Below, in pieces: positions 1 to 15,000 of a stretch of DNA of 64,000 nucleotides. Source of the stretch: Haplodiscus bocki (taxonomy: Eukaryota); NCBI GenBank assembly GCA_965655095.1, contig OZ296652.1, positions 39,742,001 through 39,806,000 on the forward strand, in the 5' to 3' direction. The position numbers were made by a program, and so were the translations under genes. The notes below the pieces were generated by a model. It was not told where the DNA came from and ran no database searches. It saw only the letters and a list, made by a program, of their open reading frames with translations. Position 1 is the first letter of the stretch. Every line of letters starts with the position of its first letter.

Positions 1-3000
1 TTTGGGGAAGCAACATGGTCAATTTATCTTGCGAGTAGAAGGAAAGGTTGAAAACCTCAATATGGTTCTGTGACCAAAATTTGTGTATCTGCTCATCTGA
101 ACCTGGCCTTTAATTAAAGTATCCCAAACATAGTGAATGTGAAATGAACATAACTCTTTATCGATGGTATTGTTTTTCGTATAAAACCAGAGATATACGA
201 AAAACAAGCTCTAACAAATGATAGAGAACCACTTTAGGTATTCTGTGATAACGTTTCGGTCACCTATCTTTTTTGGGGCGTCAACGTGGTTACCCCAACT
301 TCAAACTAACAGCGCTTTTTTATCGGTATGTGACCAGTATTTTGTTCTGTGGTATTTCTACGTTTGAGATAGTATAAAGTGTAGCAGTTGCTACATATCT
401 TTAAGCCATTCTCTTCCATGTGAAGCTACATTCAAGGTGCTCCGATCTTTAGATTAGTTTCTATTTGTTTCGTTACACCATTCATTCTGAAATGCCCTCT
501 CTCGGTGGCGAGGAAAAAATTACTTGTGACAATTGTGTTAACCAGACCACAAGATGCCATGTTGGCTCACAAAGGACATTCTGCTGGATCCCTTACTTGT
601 CCCTCTGGTACCAATTTCTCAACACAATTTCAAGTTGAATTGAAATATCACATTGCCAACAAATTTTCACCAGCAAATCCTAGAACTGTGGTAAGAATCG
701 GGATGGAAAATGTTGAAATCTTCTGTAAGTTTGAATTGATCCACCTGTAGTTCAAACTTGTCAATGAAAAAAAGCAATTTTGAATATATTGAAAATGGGT
801 TGATAAACGCATTTGTCTGTTTGAGAGTTCGATGTTCTGTTTAAAGCAAAGAAAAGGGACCTTGTTTTGTGATTTGCTAGATCTAATCTCATCTTCGGGT
901 TTCGGCTGTCGAATCTGTAATAAAATGTCAGCTTCAGTAATTGTTTTTCTAAAAATCACGCAAATCGCGGAGTGGGGAACCAAAGTCCTGTCTGGAGATA
1001 CTTATTCTTTTAGAGGATGTAACACTTCTTTGTCTTCAAAACTCAAAAAAGGAATTTTTTTTTCAAGAAGACGTTCCGTTGCGGCCTTTGCTATCTCGTG
1101 CTATTCAATGCCGGGAGTAGGAAACGTCGAGAACAATGTTGTAGAAAAAATTTTGTACGTCCAACTGTCCCTAAAGTTTTTTTGAAACTCTTCGTGAAAA
1201 GATTCATTTTGCACTAACTGGGAAGTGTTTTTTCGACAGCCAACAATAGTTTTACAGTCAATAAGTTCTGGAAAAAATGTTTTTGCATGGATTTTAGTGA
1301 ACGCAATGCGTTTGGATAAACAATGCGACTTCCAGCCTTCCAGTGACGGCAACGATTTTCTTTTGACCAATCGTTTTTACACGTCTCACTTTTAACGGTA
1401 AATTGCAAAACTGTGGCATATTGATCGAGCAGAAAAAGTTTAACTAGGTCACTAGAAGAAAATACATCAACAAATCTAAGAATCAGAAATTTTTCAGCAA
1501 TCAACTTCACAGTCTACGCTATTTTCGATTTTTGTTCTTTTTGTAGAAGTCCATCTGATTGGCAGTTGAATCTAAATTAGACATGATAACCAAAATCTAA
1601 ATCTCACACAATCTGTCCCCCTATCAGGGGAACTTGCTCCAATTGTGCGTTTTTCTCCAACGATTTATCGCGCGACCGCAGCATCTTCTTTGGACTTGAA
1701 TTTTCTGAGACTACATGTCATCTTGGCTAAGGGAAAATGTTTCATGTGAGTGGTCTTCTCAACCACTCTGTCATAATATGGCAGCATCATATTTCTACTT
1801 GATTGCTTTCATCCAACAGACTGTCCCTTCTTGCAAATTCTAGTTGCTTTCGTTTCACTCGGAAAAAAAGAACAAAAATGTGGCTCACAAATTTGATAGA
1901 GAACAACCTCACAAAATTTGTGCTAGAACTTCACTTGTCTATGATTTTTGGTGAAGCAACATGGTCAATTTATCTTGCGAGTAGAAAGAAAAATTGAACA
2001 CCTCAAGATGGTTCTGTGACCAAATTTTGTGTATCTGCTCATGTGAACCTGGCCTTTAATTAAAGTATCCCAAACATAGTGAATGTGAAATGAACATAAC
2101 TCTTTATCGATGGTATTGTTTTTCGTATAAAACCAGAGATATACGAAAAACAAGCTCTAACAAATGATAGAGAACCACTTTAGGTAGTCTCTGATAAAAT
2201 TTCGGTCACCTATCTTTTTTGGGGCGTCAACGTGGTTACCCCAACTTCAAACTAACAGCGCTTTTTTATCGGTATGTGACCAGTATTTTGTTCTGTGGTA
2301 TTTCCACGTTTGAGATAATATAAAGTGTAGCAGTTGCTACATATCTTTAAGCCATTCTCTTCCATGTGAAGCTACATTCAAGGTGCTCCGATCTTTAGAT
2401 TAGTTTCTATTTGTTTCCTTACACCATTGATTCTGAAATGCCCTCTCTCGGTGGCGAGGAAAAAATTACTTGTGACAATTGTGTTAACCAGACCACAAGA
2501 TGCCATGTTGGCTCACAAAAGACATTCTGCTGGATCCCTTACTTGTCCCTCTGGTACCAAATTCACAACAGAATTTCAAGTTGAATTGAAATATCACATT
2601 GCCAACAAATTTTCACCAGCAAATTCTAGAACTGTGGTAAAAATCGAGATGGAAAATGTTGAAATCTTCTGTAAGTTTGAATTGATCCACCTGTAGTTCA
2701 AATTTGTCAATGAAAAAATGCAATTTTGAATATATTGAAAATGGGTTGATAAACGCATTTGTCTATTTGAGAGTTCGATGTTCTGTTTAAAGCAATGAAA
2801 AGGGACCTTGTTTTGCGATTTGCTAGATCCAATCTCATCTTCGGGTTTAGGCTGTCGAATCTGTAATAAAATGTCAGCTTCAGTAAATGCTTTTCAAAAA
2901 ATCACGCAAATCGCGGAGTGGGGAACCAAAGTCCTGCTCGGAGATACTTATTCTTTTAGAGGAGGTAACACTTCTTTGTCTTCAAAACTCAAAAAAGGAA

Positions 3001-6000
3001 ATTTTTTTTCTAGAAGACGTTCCGTTGCGGCCTTTGCTATCTCGTGCTTTTCATTGCCGGGAGTAGGAAATGTCGAGAACAAAGTTGTAGAAAAAATTTT
3101 GTACGTCCAACTGTCCCAAAATTTTTTCTGAAGCTCTTCATAAAATGATACATTTTGCACTAACTGGGAAGTGTTTTTTCGATAGCCAACAATAGTTTAC
3201 AGTCAATAAGTTCTGCAAAAAATGTTTTTGCATGCATATTAGTCAAAGCAATGCGTTTGGATAAACAATGCGACTTCCAGCCTTCCAGTGACGGCAACGC
3301 TTTTCGTTTGGCCAATCGTTTTTACACGTCTCACTTTTAACGGTAAATTGCAAAACTGTGGCATATTGATTGAGAAGAAAAAGTTTAACTAGGTCAATAG
3401 AAGAAAATACATCAACAAATCCAAGAATCAGAAATTTTTCAGCAATCAACTTCACAATCTGTGCTATTTTCGATATTTGTTCTTTTTGTAGAAGTCCCTC
3501 TGATTGGCAGTTGAATCTAAATTAGACATGATAACCAAAATCTAAATCTCACACAAGCTGTCCCCCTATCAAGGGAACTTGTTCCAATTGTGCGTTTTTC
3601 ACCAACGATTTATCGCGCGACCGCAGCATCTTCTTTGGACTTGAATTTTCTGAGACTACCTGTCATCTTGGCTAGGGGGAAATGTTTCATGTGAGTGGTC
3701 TTCTCAACCACTCTGTCATAATATGGCAGCATCATATTTCTACTTGATTGCTTTCATCCAACAGACTGTCCCTTCATGCAAATTCTAGTTGCTTTTGTTT
3801 CCCTCAGATAAAAAAAAACAAAAATGTGGCTCACAAATTTGATAGAGAACAACCTCACAAAATTTGTGCAAGAACTTCACTTGTCTATGATTTTTGGGGA
3901 AGCAACATGGTCAATTTATCTTGCGAGTAGAAGGAAAGATTGAAAACCTCAATATGTTTCTGTGACCAAATTTTGTGTATCTGATCATGTGAACCTGGCC
4001 TTTAATTAAAGTATCCCAAACATAGTGAATGTGAAATGAACATAACTCTTTATCGATGGTATTGTTTTTCGTATAAAACCAGAGATATACGAAAAACAAG
4101 CTCTAACAGATGATAGAGAACCACTTTAGGTAGTCTGTGATAAAAATTCGGTCACCTATCTTTTTTGGGGCGCCAACGTGGTTACCCCAACTTCAAACTA
4201 ACAGCGCTTTTTTATCGGTATGTGACCAGTATTTTGTTCTGTGGTATTTCCACGTTTGAGATAGTATAAAGTGTAGCAGTTGCTACATATCTTTCAGCCA
4301 TTCTCTTCCATGTGAAGCTACATTTAAGGTGCTCCGATCTTTAGATTAGTTTCTATTTGTTTCGTTACACCATTCATTCTGAAACGCCCTCTCTCGGTGG
4401 CGAGGAAAAAATTACTTGTGACAATTGTGTTAACCAGACCACAAGATGCCATGTTGGCTCACAAAAAACATTCTGCTGGATCCCTTACTTGTCCCTCTGG
4501 TACCAATTTCTCAACAGAATTTCAAGTTTAATTGAAATATCACAATGCCAACAAATTTTCACCAGCAAATCCTAGAACTGTGGTAAAAATCGGGATGGAA
4601 AATGTTGAAATCTTCTGTAAGTTTGAATTGATCCACCTGTAGTTCAAACTTGTCAATGAAAAAATGCAATTTTGAATATATTGAAAATGGGTTGATAAAC
4701 GCATTTGTCTGTTTGAGAGTTCGATGTTCTGTTTAAAGCAAAGAAAAGGGACCTTGTTTTGTGATTTGCTAGATCTAATCTCATCTTCGGGTTTCGGCTC
4801 TCGAATCTGTAATAATATGTCAGCTTCAGTAATTGCTTTTCAAAAAATCACGCAAATCGCGGAGTGGGGAACCAAAGTCCTGTTCGGAGATACTTATTCT
4901 TTTAGAGGAGGTAACACTTCTTTGTCTTCAAATCTCAAAAAAGGAAATTGTTTTTCTAGAAGACGTTCCGTTTCGGCCTTTGCTATCTCGCGCTATTCAA
5001 TGCCGGGAGTAGGAAATGTCGAGAACAATGTTGTAGAAAAAATTTTGTACTTCCAACTGTCCCAAAAGTTTTTTTGAAACTCTTCTTAAAATGATACATT
5101 TTGCACTATGTGGGAAGTGTTTTTTCGACAGCCAACAATAGTTTACAGTCAATAAGTTCTGCAAAAAATGTTTTTGCATGCATATTAGTCAAAGCAATGC
5201 GTTTGGATAAACAATGCGACTTCCAGCCTTCCAGTGAAGGCAACGATTTTCTTTTGACCAATCGTTTTTACACGTCTCACTTTTAACGGTAAATTGCAAA
5301 ACTGTGGCATATTGATGGAGAAGAAAAAGTTTAACTAGGTCACTAGAAGAAAATACATCAACAAATCCAAGAATCAGAAATTTTTCAGCAATCAACTTCA
5401 CAGTCTGTGCTATTTTCGATATTTGTTCTTTTTGTAGAAGTCCCTCTGATTGGCAGTTGAATCTAAATTAGACATGATAACCAAAATCTAAATCTCACAC
5501 AAGCTGTCCTCCTATCAGGGGAACTTGTTCCAATTGTGCGTTTTTCACCAACGATTTATCGCGCGACCGCAGCATCTTCTTTGGACTTGAATTTTCTGAG
5601 ACTACCTGTCATCTTGGCTAAGGGAAAATGTTTCATGTGAGTGGTCTTCTCAACCACTCTGTCATAATATGGCAGCATCATATTTTTACTCTATTGTTTT
5701 CATCCAACAGACTGTCCCTTCATGCAAATTCTAGTTGCTTTCGTTTCCCTCAGAAAAAAAAGAACAAAAATGTGGCTCACAAATTTGATAGAGAACAACC
5801 TCACAAAGTTTGTGCTAGAACTTCACTTGTCTATGATTTTTGGGGAAGCAACATGGTCAATTTATCTTGCGAGTAGAAGGAAAGATTGAAAACCTCAATA
5901 TGGTTCTGTGACCAAATTTTGTGTATCTGCTCATGTGAACCTGGCCTTTAATTAAAGTATCCCAAACATAGTGAATGTGAAATGAACATAACTCTTTATC

Positions 6001-9000
6001 GATGGTATTGTTTTTCGTATAAAATCAGAGATATACAAAAAATAAGCTCTAACAAATGATAGAGAACCACTTTAGGTAGTCTGTGATAAAGTTTCGGTCA
6101 CCTATCTTTTTTGGGGCCTCAACGTGGTTACCCCAACTTCAAACTAACAGCGCTTTTTTATCGGTATGTGACCAGCATTTTGTTTTGTGGTATTTCCACG
6201 TCTGAGATACTATAAAGTGTAGCAGTTGCTACATATCTTTCAGCCATTCTCTTCCATGTGAAGCTACATTCAAGGTGCTCCGATCTTTAGATTAGTTTCT
6301 ATTTGTTTCCTTACACCATTGATTCTGAAATGCCCTCTCTCGGTGGCGAGGAAAAAATTACTTGTGACAATTGTGTTAACCAGACCACAAGATGCCATGT
6401 TGGCTCACAAAAGACATTCTGCTGGATCCCTTATTTGTCCCTCTGGTACCAAATTCACAACAGAATTTCAAGTTGAATTGAAATATCACATTGCCAACAA
6501 ATTTTCACCAGCAAATCCTGGAACTGTGGTAAAAATCGGGATGGAAAATGTTGAAATCTTCTGTAAGTTTGAATTGATCCACCTGTAGTTCAAACTTGTC
6601 AATGAAAAAATGCAATTTTGAATATATTGAAAATGGGTTGATAAACGCATTTGTCTATTTGAGAAATCGATGTTCTGTTTAAAGCAATGAAAAGGGACCT
6701 TGTTTTGCGATTTGCTAGATCTAATCTCATCTTCGGGTTTCGGCTGTCGAATCTGTAATAAAATGTCAGCTTCAGTAATTGCTTTTCAAAAAATCACGCA
6801 AATCGCTGAGTGGGGAACCAAAGTCTTGTTCGGAGATACTTATTCTTTTAGAGGAGGTAACACATCTTTGTCTTCAAAACTCAAAAAAGGAAATTGTTTT
6901 TCTAGAAGACGTTCCGTTGCGGCCTTTGCTATCTCGTGCTATTCAATGCCGGGAGTAGGAAATGTCGAGAACAATGTTGCAGAAAAAACTTTGTACTTCC
7001 AACTGTCCCAAAAGTTTTTTTGAAACTCTTCGTAAAATGATACATTTTGCACTAATTGGGAAGTGTTTTTTCGACAGCCAACAATAGTTTACAGTCAATA
7101 AGTTCTGCAAAAAATGTTTTTGCATGCTTATTACTGAAAGCAATGCGTTTGGATAAACAATGCGACTTCCAGCCTTCCAGTGACGGCAACGCTTTTCTTT
7201 TGACCAATCGTTTTTACACGTCTCACTTTTAACGGTAAATTGCAAAACTGTGGCATATTGATTGAGAAGAAAAAGCTTAACTAGGTCAGTAGAAGAAAAT
7301 ACATCAACAAATCCAAGAATCAGAAATTTTTCAGCAAGCAACTTCACAATCTGTGCTATTTTCGATATTTGTTCTTTTTGTAGAAGTCCCTCTGATTGGC
7401 AGTTGAATCTAAATTAGACATGATAACCAAAATCTAAATCTCACACAAGCTGTCCTCCTATCAGGGGAACTTGTTCCAATTGTGCGTTTTTCACCAACGA
7501 TTTATCGCGCGACCGCAGCATCTTCTTTGGACTTGAATTTTCTGAGACTACCTGTCATCTTGGCTAAGGGAAAATGTTTCATGTGAGTGGTCTTCTCAAC
7601 CACTCTGTCATAATATGGCAGCACCATATTTTTACTTGATTGCTTTCATCCATCAGACTGTCCCTTCATGCAAATTCTAGTTGCTTTCGTTTCCCTCAGA
7701 AAAAAAAGAACAAAAATGTGGCTCACAAATTTGATAGAGAACAACCTCACAAAGTTTGTGCTAGAACTTCACTTGTCATCTATGATTTTTGGGGAAGCAA
7801 CATGGTCAATTTATCTTGCGAGTAGAAGGAAAGATTGAAAACCTCAATATGGTTCTGTGACCAAATTTTGTGTATCTGCTCATGTGAACCTGGCCTTTAA
7901 TTAAAGTATCCCAAACATAGTGAATGTGAAATGAACATAACTCTTTATCGATGGTACTGTTTTTCGTATAAAACCAGAGATATACGAAAAATAAGCTCTA
8001 ACAAATGATAGAGAACCACTTTAGGTAGTCTGTGATAAAGTTTCGGTCACCTATCTTTTTTGGGGCGTCAACGTGGTTACCCCAACTTCAAACTAACAGC
8101 GCTTTTTTATCGGTATGTGACCAGCATTTTGTTCTGTGGTATTTCCACGTCTGAGATACTATAAAGTGTAGCAGTTGCTACATATCTTTCAGCCATTCTC
8201 TTCCATGTGAAGCTACATTCAAGGTGCTCCGATCTTTAGATTAATTTCTATTTGTTTCCTTACACCATTGATTCTGAAATGCCCTCTCTCGGTGGCGAGG
8301 AAAAAATTACTTGTGACAATTGTGTTAACCAGACCACAAGATGCCATGTTGGCTCACAAAAGACATTCTGCTGGATCCCTTACTTGTCCCTCTGGTACCA
8401 AATTCACAACAGAATTTCAAGTTGAATTGAAATATCACATTGCCAACAAATTTTCACCAGCAAATCCTGGAACTGTGGTAAAAATCGGGATGGAAAATGT
8501 TGAAATCTTCTGTAAGTTTGAATTGATCCACCTGTAGTTCAAACTTGTCAATGAAAAAATGCAATTTTGAGTATATTGAAAATGGGTTGATAAACGCATT
8601 TGTCTATTTGAGAGTTCGATGTTCTGTTTAAAGCAATGAAAAGGGACCTTGTTTTGCGATTTGCTAGATCTAATCTCATCTTCGGGTTTCAGCTGTCGAA
8701 TCTGTAATAAAATGTCAGCTTCAGTAATTGCTTTTCAAAAAATCACGCAAATCGCTGAGTGGGGAACCAAAGTCTTGTTCGGAGATACTTATTCTTTTAG
8801 AGGAGGTAACACATCTTTGTCTTCAAAACTCAAAAAAGGAAATTGTTTTTCTAGAAGACGTTCCGTTTCGGCCTTTGCTATCTCGCGCTATTCAATGCCG
8901 GGAGTAGGAAATGTCGAGAACAATGTTGTAGAAAAAATTTTGTACTTCCAACTGTCCCAAAAGTTTTTTTGAAACTCTTCTTAAAATGATACATTTTGCA

Positions 9001-12000
9001 CTAACTGGGAAGTGTTTTTTCGACAGCCAACAATAGTTTACAGTCAATAAGTTCTGCAAAAAATGTTTTTGCATGCATATTAGTGAAAGCAATGCGTTTG
9101 GATAAACAATGCGACTTCCAGCCTTCCAGTGACGGCAACGCTTTTCTTTTGACCAATCGTTTTTACACGTCTCACTTTTAACGGTAAATTGCAGAACTGT
9201 GGCATATTGATTGAGAAGAAAAAGCTTAACTAGGTCAGTAGAAGAAAATACATCAACAAATCCAAGAATCAGAAATTTTTCAGCAAGCAACTTCACAATC
9301 TGTGCTATTTTCGATATTTGTTCTTTTTGTAGAAGTCCCTCTGATTGGCAGTTGAATCTAAATTAGACATGATAACCAAAATCTAAATCTCACACAAGCT
9401 GTCCCCCTATCAAGGGAACTTGTTCCAATTGTGCGTTTTTCACCAACGATTTATCGCGCGACCGCAGCATCTTCTTTGGACTTGAATTTTCTGAGACTAC
9501 CTGTCATCTTGGCTAAGGGAAATGTTTCATGTGAGTGGTCTTCTCAACCACTCTGTCATAATATGGCAGCATCATATTTCTACTTGATTGCTTTCATCCA
9601 ACAGACTGTCCCTTCATGCAAATTCTAGTTGCTTTCGTTTCCCTCAGATAAAAAAAAACAAAAATGTGGCTCACAAATTTGATAGAGAACAACCTCACAA
9701 AGTTTGTGCTAGAACTTCACTTGTCTATGATTTTTGGGGAAGCAACATGGTCAATTTATCTTGCGAGTAGAAGGAAAGATTGAAAACCTCAATATGGTTC
9801 TGTGACCAAATTTTGTGTATCTGCTCATGTGAACCTGGCCTTTAATTAAAGTATCCCAAACATAGTGAATGTGAAATGAACATAACTCTTTATCGATGGT
9901 ATTGTTTTTCGTATAAAACCAGAGATATACGAAAAATAAGCTCTAACAAATGATAGAGAACCACTTTAGGTAGTCTGTGATAAAGTTTCGGTCACCTATC
10001 TTTTTTGGGGCGTCAACGTGGTTACCCCAACTTCAAACTAACAGCGCTTTTTTATCGGTATGTGACCAGCATTTTGTTCTGTGGTATTTCCACGTCTGAG
10101 ATACTATAAAGTGTAGCAGTTGCTACATATCTTTCAGCCATTCTCTTCCATGTGAAGCTACATTCAAGGTGCTCCGATCTTTAGATTAGTTTCTATTTGT
10201 TTCCTTACACCATTGATTCTGAAATGCCCTCTCTCGGTGGCGAGGAAAAAATTACTTGTGACAATTGTGTTAACCAGACCACAAGATGCCATGTTGGCTC
10301 ACAAAAGACATTCTGCTGGATCCCTTACTTGTCCCTCTGGTACCAAATTCACAACAGAAATTCAAGTTGAATTGAAATATCACATTGCCAACAAATTTTC
10401 ACCAGCAAATCCTGGAACTGTGGTAAAAATCGGGATGGAAAATGTTGAAATCTTCTGTAAGTTTGAATTGATCCACCTGTAGTTCAAACTTGTCAATGAA
10501 AAAATGCAATTTTGAGTATATTGAAAATGGGTTGATAAACGCATTTGTCTATTTGAGAGTTCGATGTTCTGTTTAAAGCAATGAAAAGGGACCTTGTTTT
10601 GCGATTTGCTAGATCTAATCTCATCTTCGGGTTTCAGCTGTCGAATCTGTAATAAAATGTCAGCTTCAGTAATTGCTTTTCAAAAAATCACGCAAATCGC
10701 TGAGTGGGGAACCAAAGTCTTGTTCGGAGATACTTATTCTTTTAGAGGAGGTAACACATCTTTGTCTTCAAAACTCAAAAAAGGAAATTGTTTTTCTAGA
10801 AGACGTTCCGTTTCGGCCTTTGCTATCTCGCGCTATTCAATGCCGGGAGTAGGAAATGTCGAGAACAATGTTGTAGAAAAAATTTTGTACTTCCAACTGT
10901 CCCAAAAGTTTTTTTGAAACTCTTCTTAAAATGATACATTTTGCACTAACTGGGAAGTGTTTTTTCGACAGCCAACAATAGTTTACAGTCAATAAGTTCT
11001 GCAAAAAATGTTTTTGCATGCATATTAGTGAAAGCAATGCGTTTGGATAAACAATGCGACTTCCAGCCTTCCAGTGACGGCAACGCTTTTCTTTTGACCA
11101 ATCGTTTTTACACGTCTCACTTTTAACGGTAAATTGCAGAACTGTGGCATATTGATTGAGAAGAAAAAGCTTAACTAGGTCAGTAGAAGAAAATACATCA
11201 ACAAATCCAAGAATCAGAAATTTTTCAGCAAGCAACTTCACAATCTGTGCTATTTTCGATATTTGTTCTTTTTGTAGAAGTCCCTCTGATTGGCAGTTGA
11301 ATCTAAATTAGACATGATAACCAAAATCTAAATCTCACACAAGCTGTCCTCCTATCAGGGGAACTTGTTCCAATTGTGCGTTTTTCACCAACGATTTATC
11401 GCGCGACCGCAGCATCTTCTTTGGACTTGAATTTTCTGAGACTACCTGTCATCTTGGCTAAGGGAAAATGTTTCATGTGAGTGGTCTTCTCAACCACTCT
11501 GTCATAATATGGCAGCATCATATTTTTACTTGATTGTTTTCATCCAACAGACTGTCCCTTCATGCAAATTCTAGTTGCTTTCGTTTCCCTCAGAAAAAAA
11601 AGAACAAAAATGTGGCTCACAAATTTGATAGAGAACAACCTCACAAAGTTTGTGCTAGAACTTCACTTGTCTATGATTTTTGGGGAAGCAACATGGTCAA
11701 TTTATCTTGCGAGTAGAAGGAAAGATTGAAAACCTCAATATGGTTCTGTGACCAAATTTTGTGTATCTGCTCATGTGAACCTGGCCTTTAATTAAAGTAT
11801 CCCAAACATAGTGAATGTGAAATGAACATAACTCTTTATCGATGGTATTGTTTTTCGTATAAAATCAGAGATATACAAAAAATAAGCTCTAACAAATGAT
11901 AGAGAACCACTTTAGGTAGTCTGTGATAAAGTTTCGGTCACCTATCTTTTTTGGGGCCTCAACGTGGTTACCCCAACTTCAAACTAACAGCGCTTTTTTA

Positions 12001-15000
12001 TCGGTATGTGACCAGCATTTTGTTTTGTGGTATTTCCACGTCTGAGATACTATAAAGTGTAGCAGTTGCTACATATCTTTCAGCCATTCTCTTCCATGTG
12101 AAGCTACATTCAAGGTGCTCCGATCTTTAGATTACTTTCTATTTGTTTCCTTACACCATTGATTCTGAAATGCCCTCTCTCGGTGGCGAGGAAAAAATTA
12201 CTTGTGACAATTGTGTTAACCAGACCACAAGATGCCATGTTGGCTCACAAAAGACATTCTGCTGGATCCCTTACTTGTCCCTCTGGTAACAAATTCACAA
12301 CAGAATTTCAAGTTGAATTGAAATATCACATTGCCAACAAATTTTCACCAGCAAATCCTGGAACTGTGGTAAAAATCGGGATGGAAAATGTTGAAATCTT
12401 CTGTAAGTTTGAATTGATCCACCTGTAGTTCAAACTTGTCAATGAAAAAATGCAATTTTGAATATATTGAAAATGGGTTGATAAACGCATTTGTCTATTT
12501 GAGAGTTCGATGTTCTGTTTAAAGCAATGAAAAGGGACCTTGTTTTGCGATTTGCTAGATCTAATCTCATCTTCGGGTTTCGGCTGTCGAATCTGTAATA
12601 AAATGTCAGCTTCAGTAATTGCGTTTCAAAAAATCACGCAAATCGCTGAGTGGGGAACCAAAGTCTTGTTCGGAGATACTTATTCTTTTAGAGGAGGTAA
12701 CACATCTTTGTCTTCAAAACTCAAAAAAGGAAATTGTTTTTCTAGAAGACGTTCCGTTGCGGCCTTTGCTATCTCGTGCTATTCAATGCCGGGAGTAGGA
12801 AATGTCGAGAACAATGTTGTGGAAAAAATTTTGTACTTCCAACTGTCCCAAAATTTTTTTCGAAACTCTTCGTAAAATGATACATTTTGCACTAACTGGG
12901 AAGTGTTTTTTCGACAGCCAACAATAGTTTACAGTCAATAAGTTCTGCAAAAAATGTTTTTGCATGCATATTAGTGAAGGCAATGCGTTTGGATAAACAA
13001 TGCGACTTCCAGCCTTCCAGTGACGGCAACGCTTTTCTTTTGACCAATCGTTTTTACACGTCTCACTTTTAACGGTAAATTGCAGAACTGTGGCATATTG
13101 ATTGAGAAGAAAAAGCTTAACTAGGTCAGTAGAAGAAAATACATCAACAAATCCAAGAATCAGAAATTTTTCAGCAAGCAACTTCACAATCTGTGCTATT
13201 TTCGATATTTGTTCTTTTTGTAGAAGTCCCTCTGATTGGCAGTTGAATCTAAATTAGACATGATAACCAAAATCTAAATCTCACACAAGCTGTCCTCCTA
13301 TCAGGGGAACTTGTTCCAATTGTGCGTTTTTCACCAACGATTTATCGCGCGACCGCAGCATCTTCTTTGGACTTGAATTTTCTGAGACTACCTGTCATCT
13401 TGGCTAAGGGAAAATGTTTCATGTGAGTGGTCTTCTCAACCACTCTGTCATAATATGGCAGCATCATATTTTTACTTGATTGTTTTCATCCAACAGACTG
13501 TCCCTTCATGCAAATTCTAGTTGCTTTCGTTTCCCTCAGAAAAAAAAGAACAAAAATGTGGCTCACAAATTTGATAGAGAACAACCTCACAAAGTTTGTG
13601 CTAGAACTTCACTTGTCTATGATTTTTGGGGAAGCAACATGGTCAATTTATCTTGCGAGTAGAAGGAAAGATTGAAAACCTCAATATGGTTCTGTGACCA
13701 AATTTTGTGTATCTGCTCATGTGAACCTGGCCTTTAATTAAAGTATCCCAAACATAGTGGATGTGAAATGAACATAACTCTTTATCGATGGTATTGTTTT
13801 TCGTATAAAATCAGAGATATACGAAAAATAAGCTCTAACAAATGATAGAGAACCACTTTAGGTAGTCTGTGATAAAGTTTCGGTCACCTATCTTTTTTGG
13901 GGCCTCAACGTGGTTACCCCAACTTCAAACTAACAGCGCTTTTTTATCGGTATGTGACCAGCATTTTGTTTTGTGGTATTTCCACGTCTGAGATACTATA
14001 AAGTGTAGCAGTTGCTACATATCTTTCAGCCATTCTCTTCCATGTGAAGCTACATTCAAGGTGCTCCGATCTTTAGATTAGTTTCTATTTGTTTCCTTAC
14101 ACCATTGATTCTGAAATGCCCTCTCTCGGTGGCGAGGAAAAAATTACTTGTGACAATTGTGTTAACCAGACCACAAGATGCCATGTTGGCTCACAAAAGA
14201 CATTCTGCTGGATCCCTTACTTGTCCCTCTGGTACCAAATTCACAACAGAATTTCAAGTTGAATTGAAATATCACATTGCCAACAAATTTTCACCAGCAA
14301 ATCCTGGAACTGTGGTAAAAATCGGGATGGAAAATGTTGAAATCTTCTGTAAGTTTGAATTGATCCACCTGTAGTTCAAACTTGTCAATGAAAAAATGCA
14401 ATTTTGAATATATTGAAAATGGGTTGATAAACGCATTTGTCTATTTGAGAGTTCGATGTTCTGTTTAAAGCAATGAAAAGGGACCTTGTTTTGCGATTTG
14501 CTAGATCTAATCTCATCTTCGGGTTTCGGCTGTCGAATCTGTAATAAAATATCAGCTTCAGGAATTGCTGTTCAAAAAATCACGCAAATCGCTGAGTGGG
14601 GAACCAAAGTCTTGTTCGGAGATACTTATTCTTTTAGAGGAGGTAACACATCTTTGTCTTCAAAAATCAAAAAAGGAAATTGTTTTTCTAGAAGACGTTC
14701 CGTTGCGGCCTTTGCTATCTCGTGCTATTCAATGCCGGGAGTAGGAAATGTCGAGAACAATGTTGTGGAAAAAATTTTGTACTTCCAACTGTCCCAAAAT
14801 TTTTTTCGAAACTCTTCGTAAAATGATACATTTTGCACTAACTGGGAAGTGTTTTTTCGACAGCCAACAATAGTTTACAGTCAATAAGTTCTGCAAAAAA
14901 TGTTTTTGCATGCATATTAGTGAAGGCAATGCGTTTGGATAAACAATGCGACTTCCAGCCTTCCAGTGACGGCAACGCTTTTCTTTTGACCAATCGTTTT

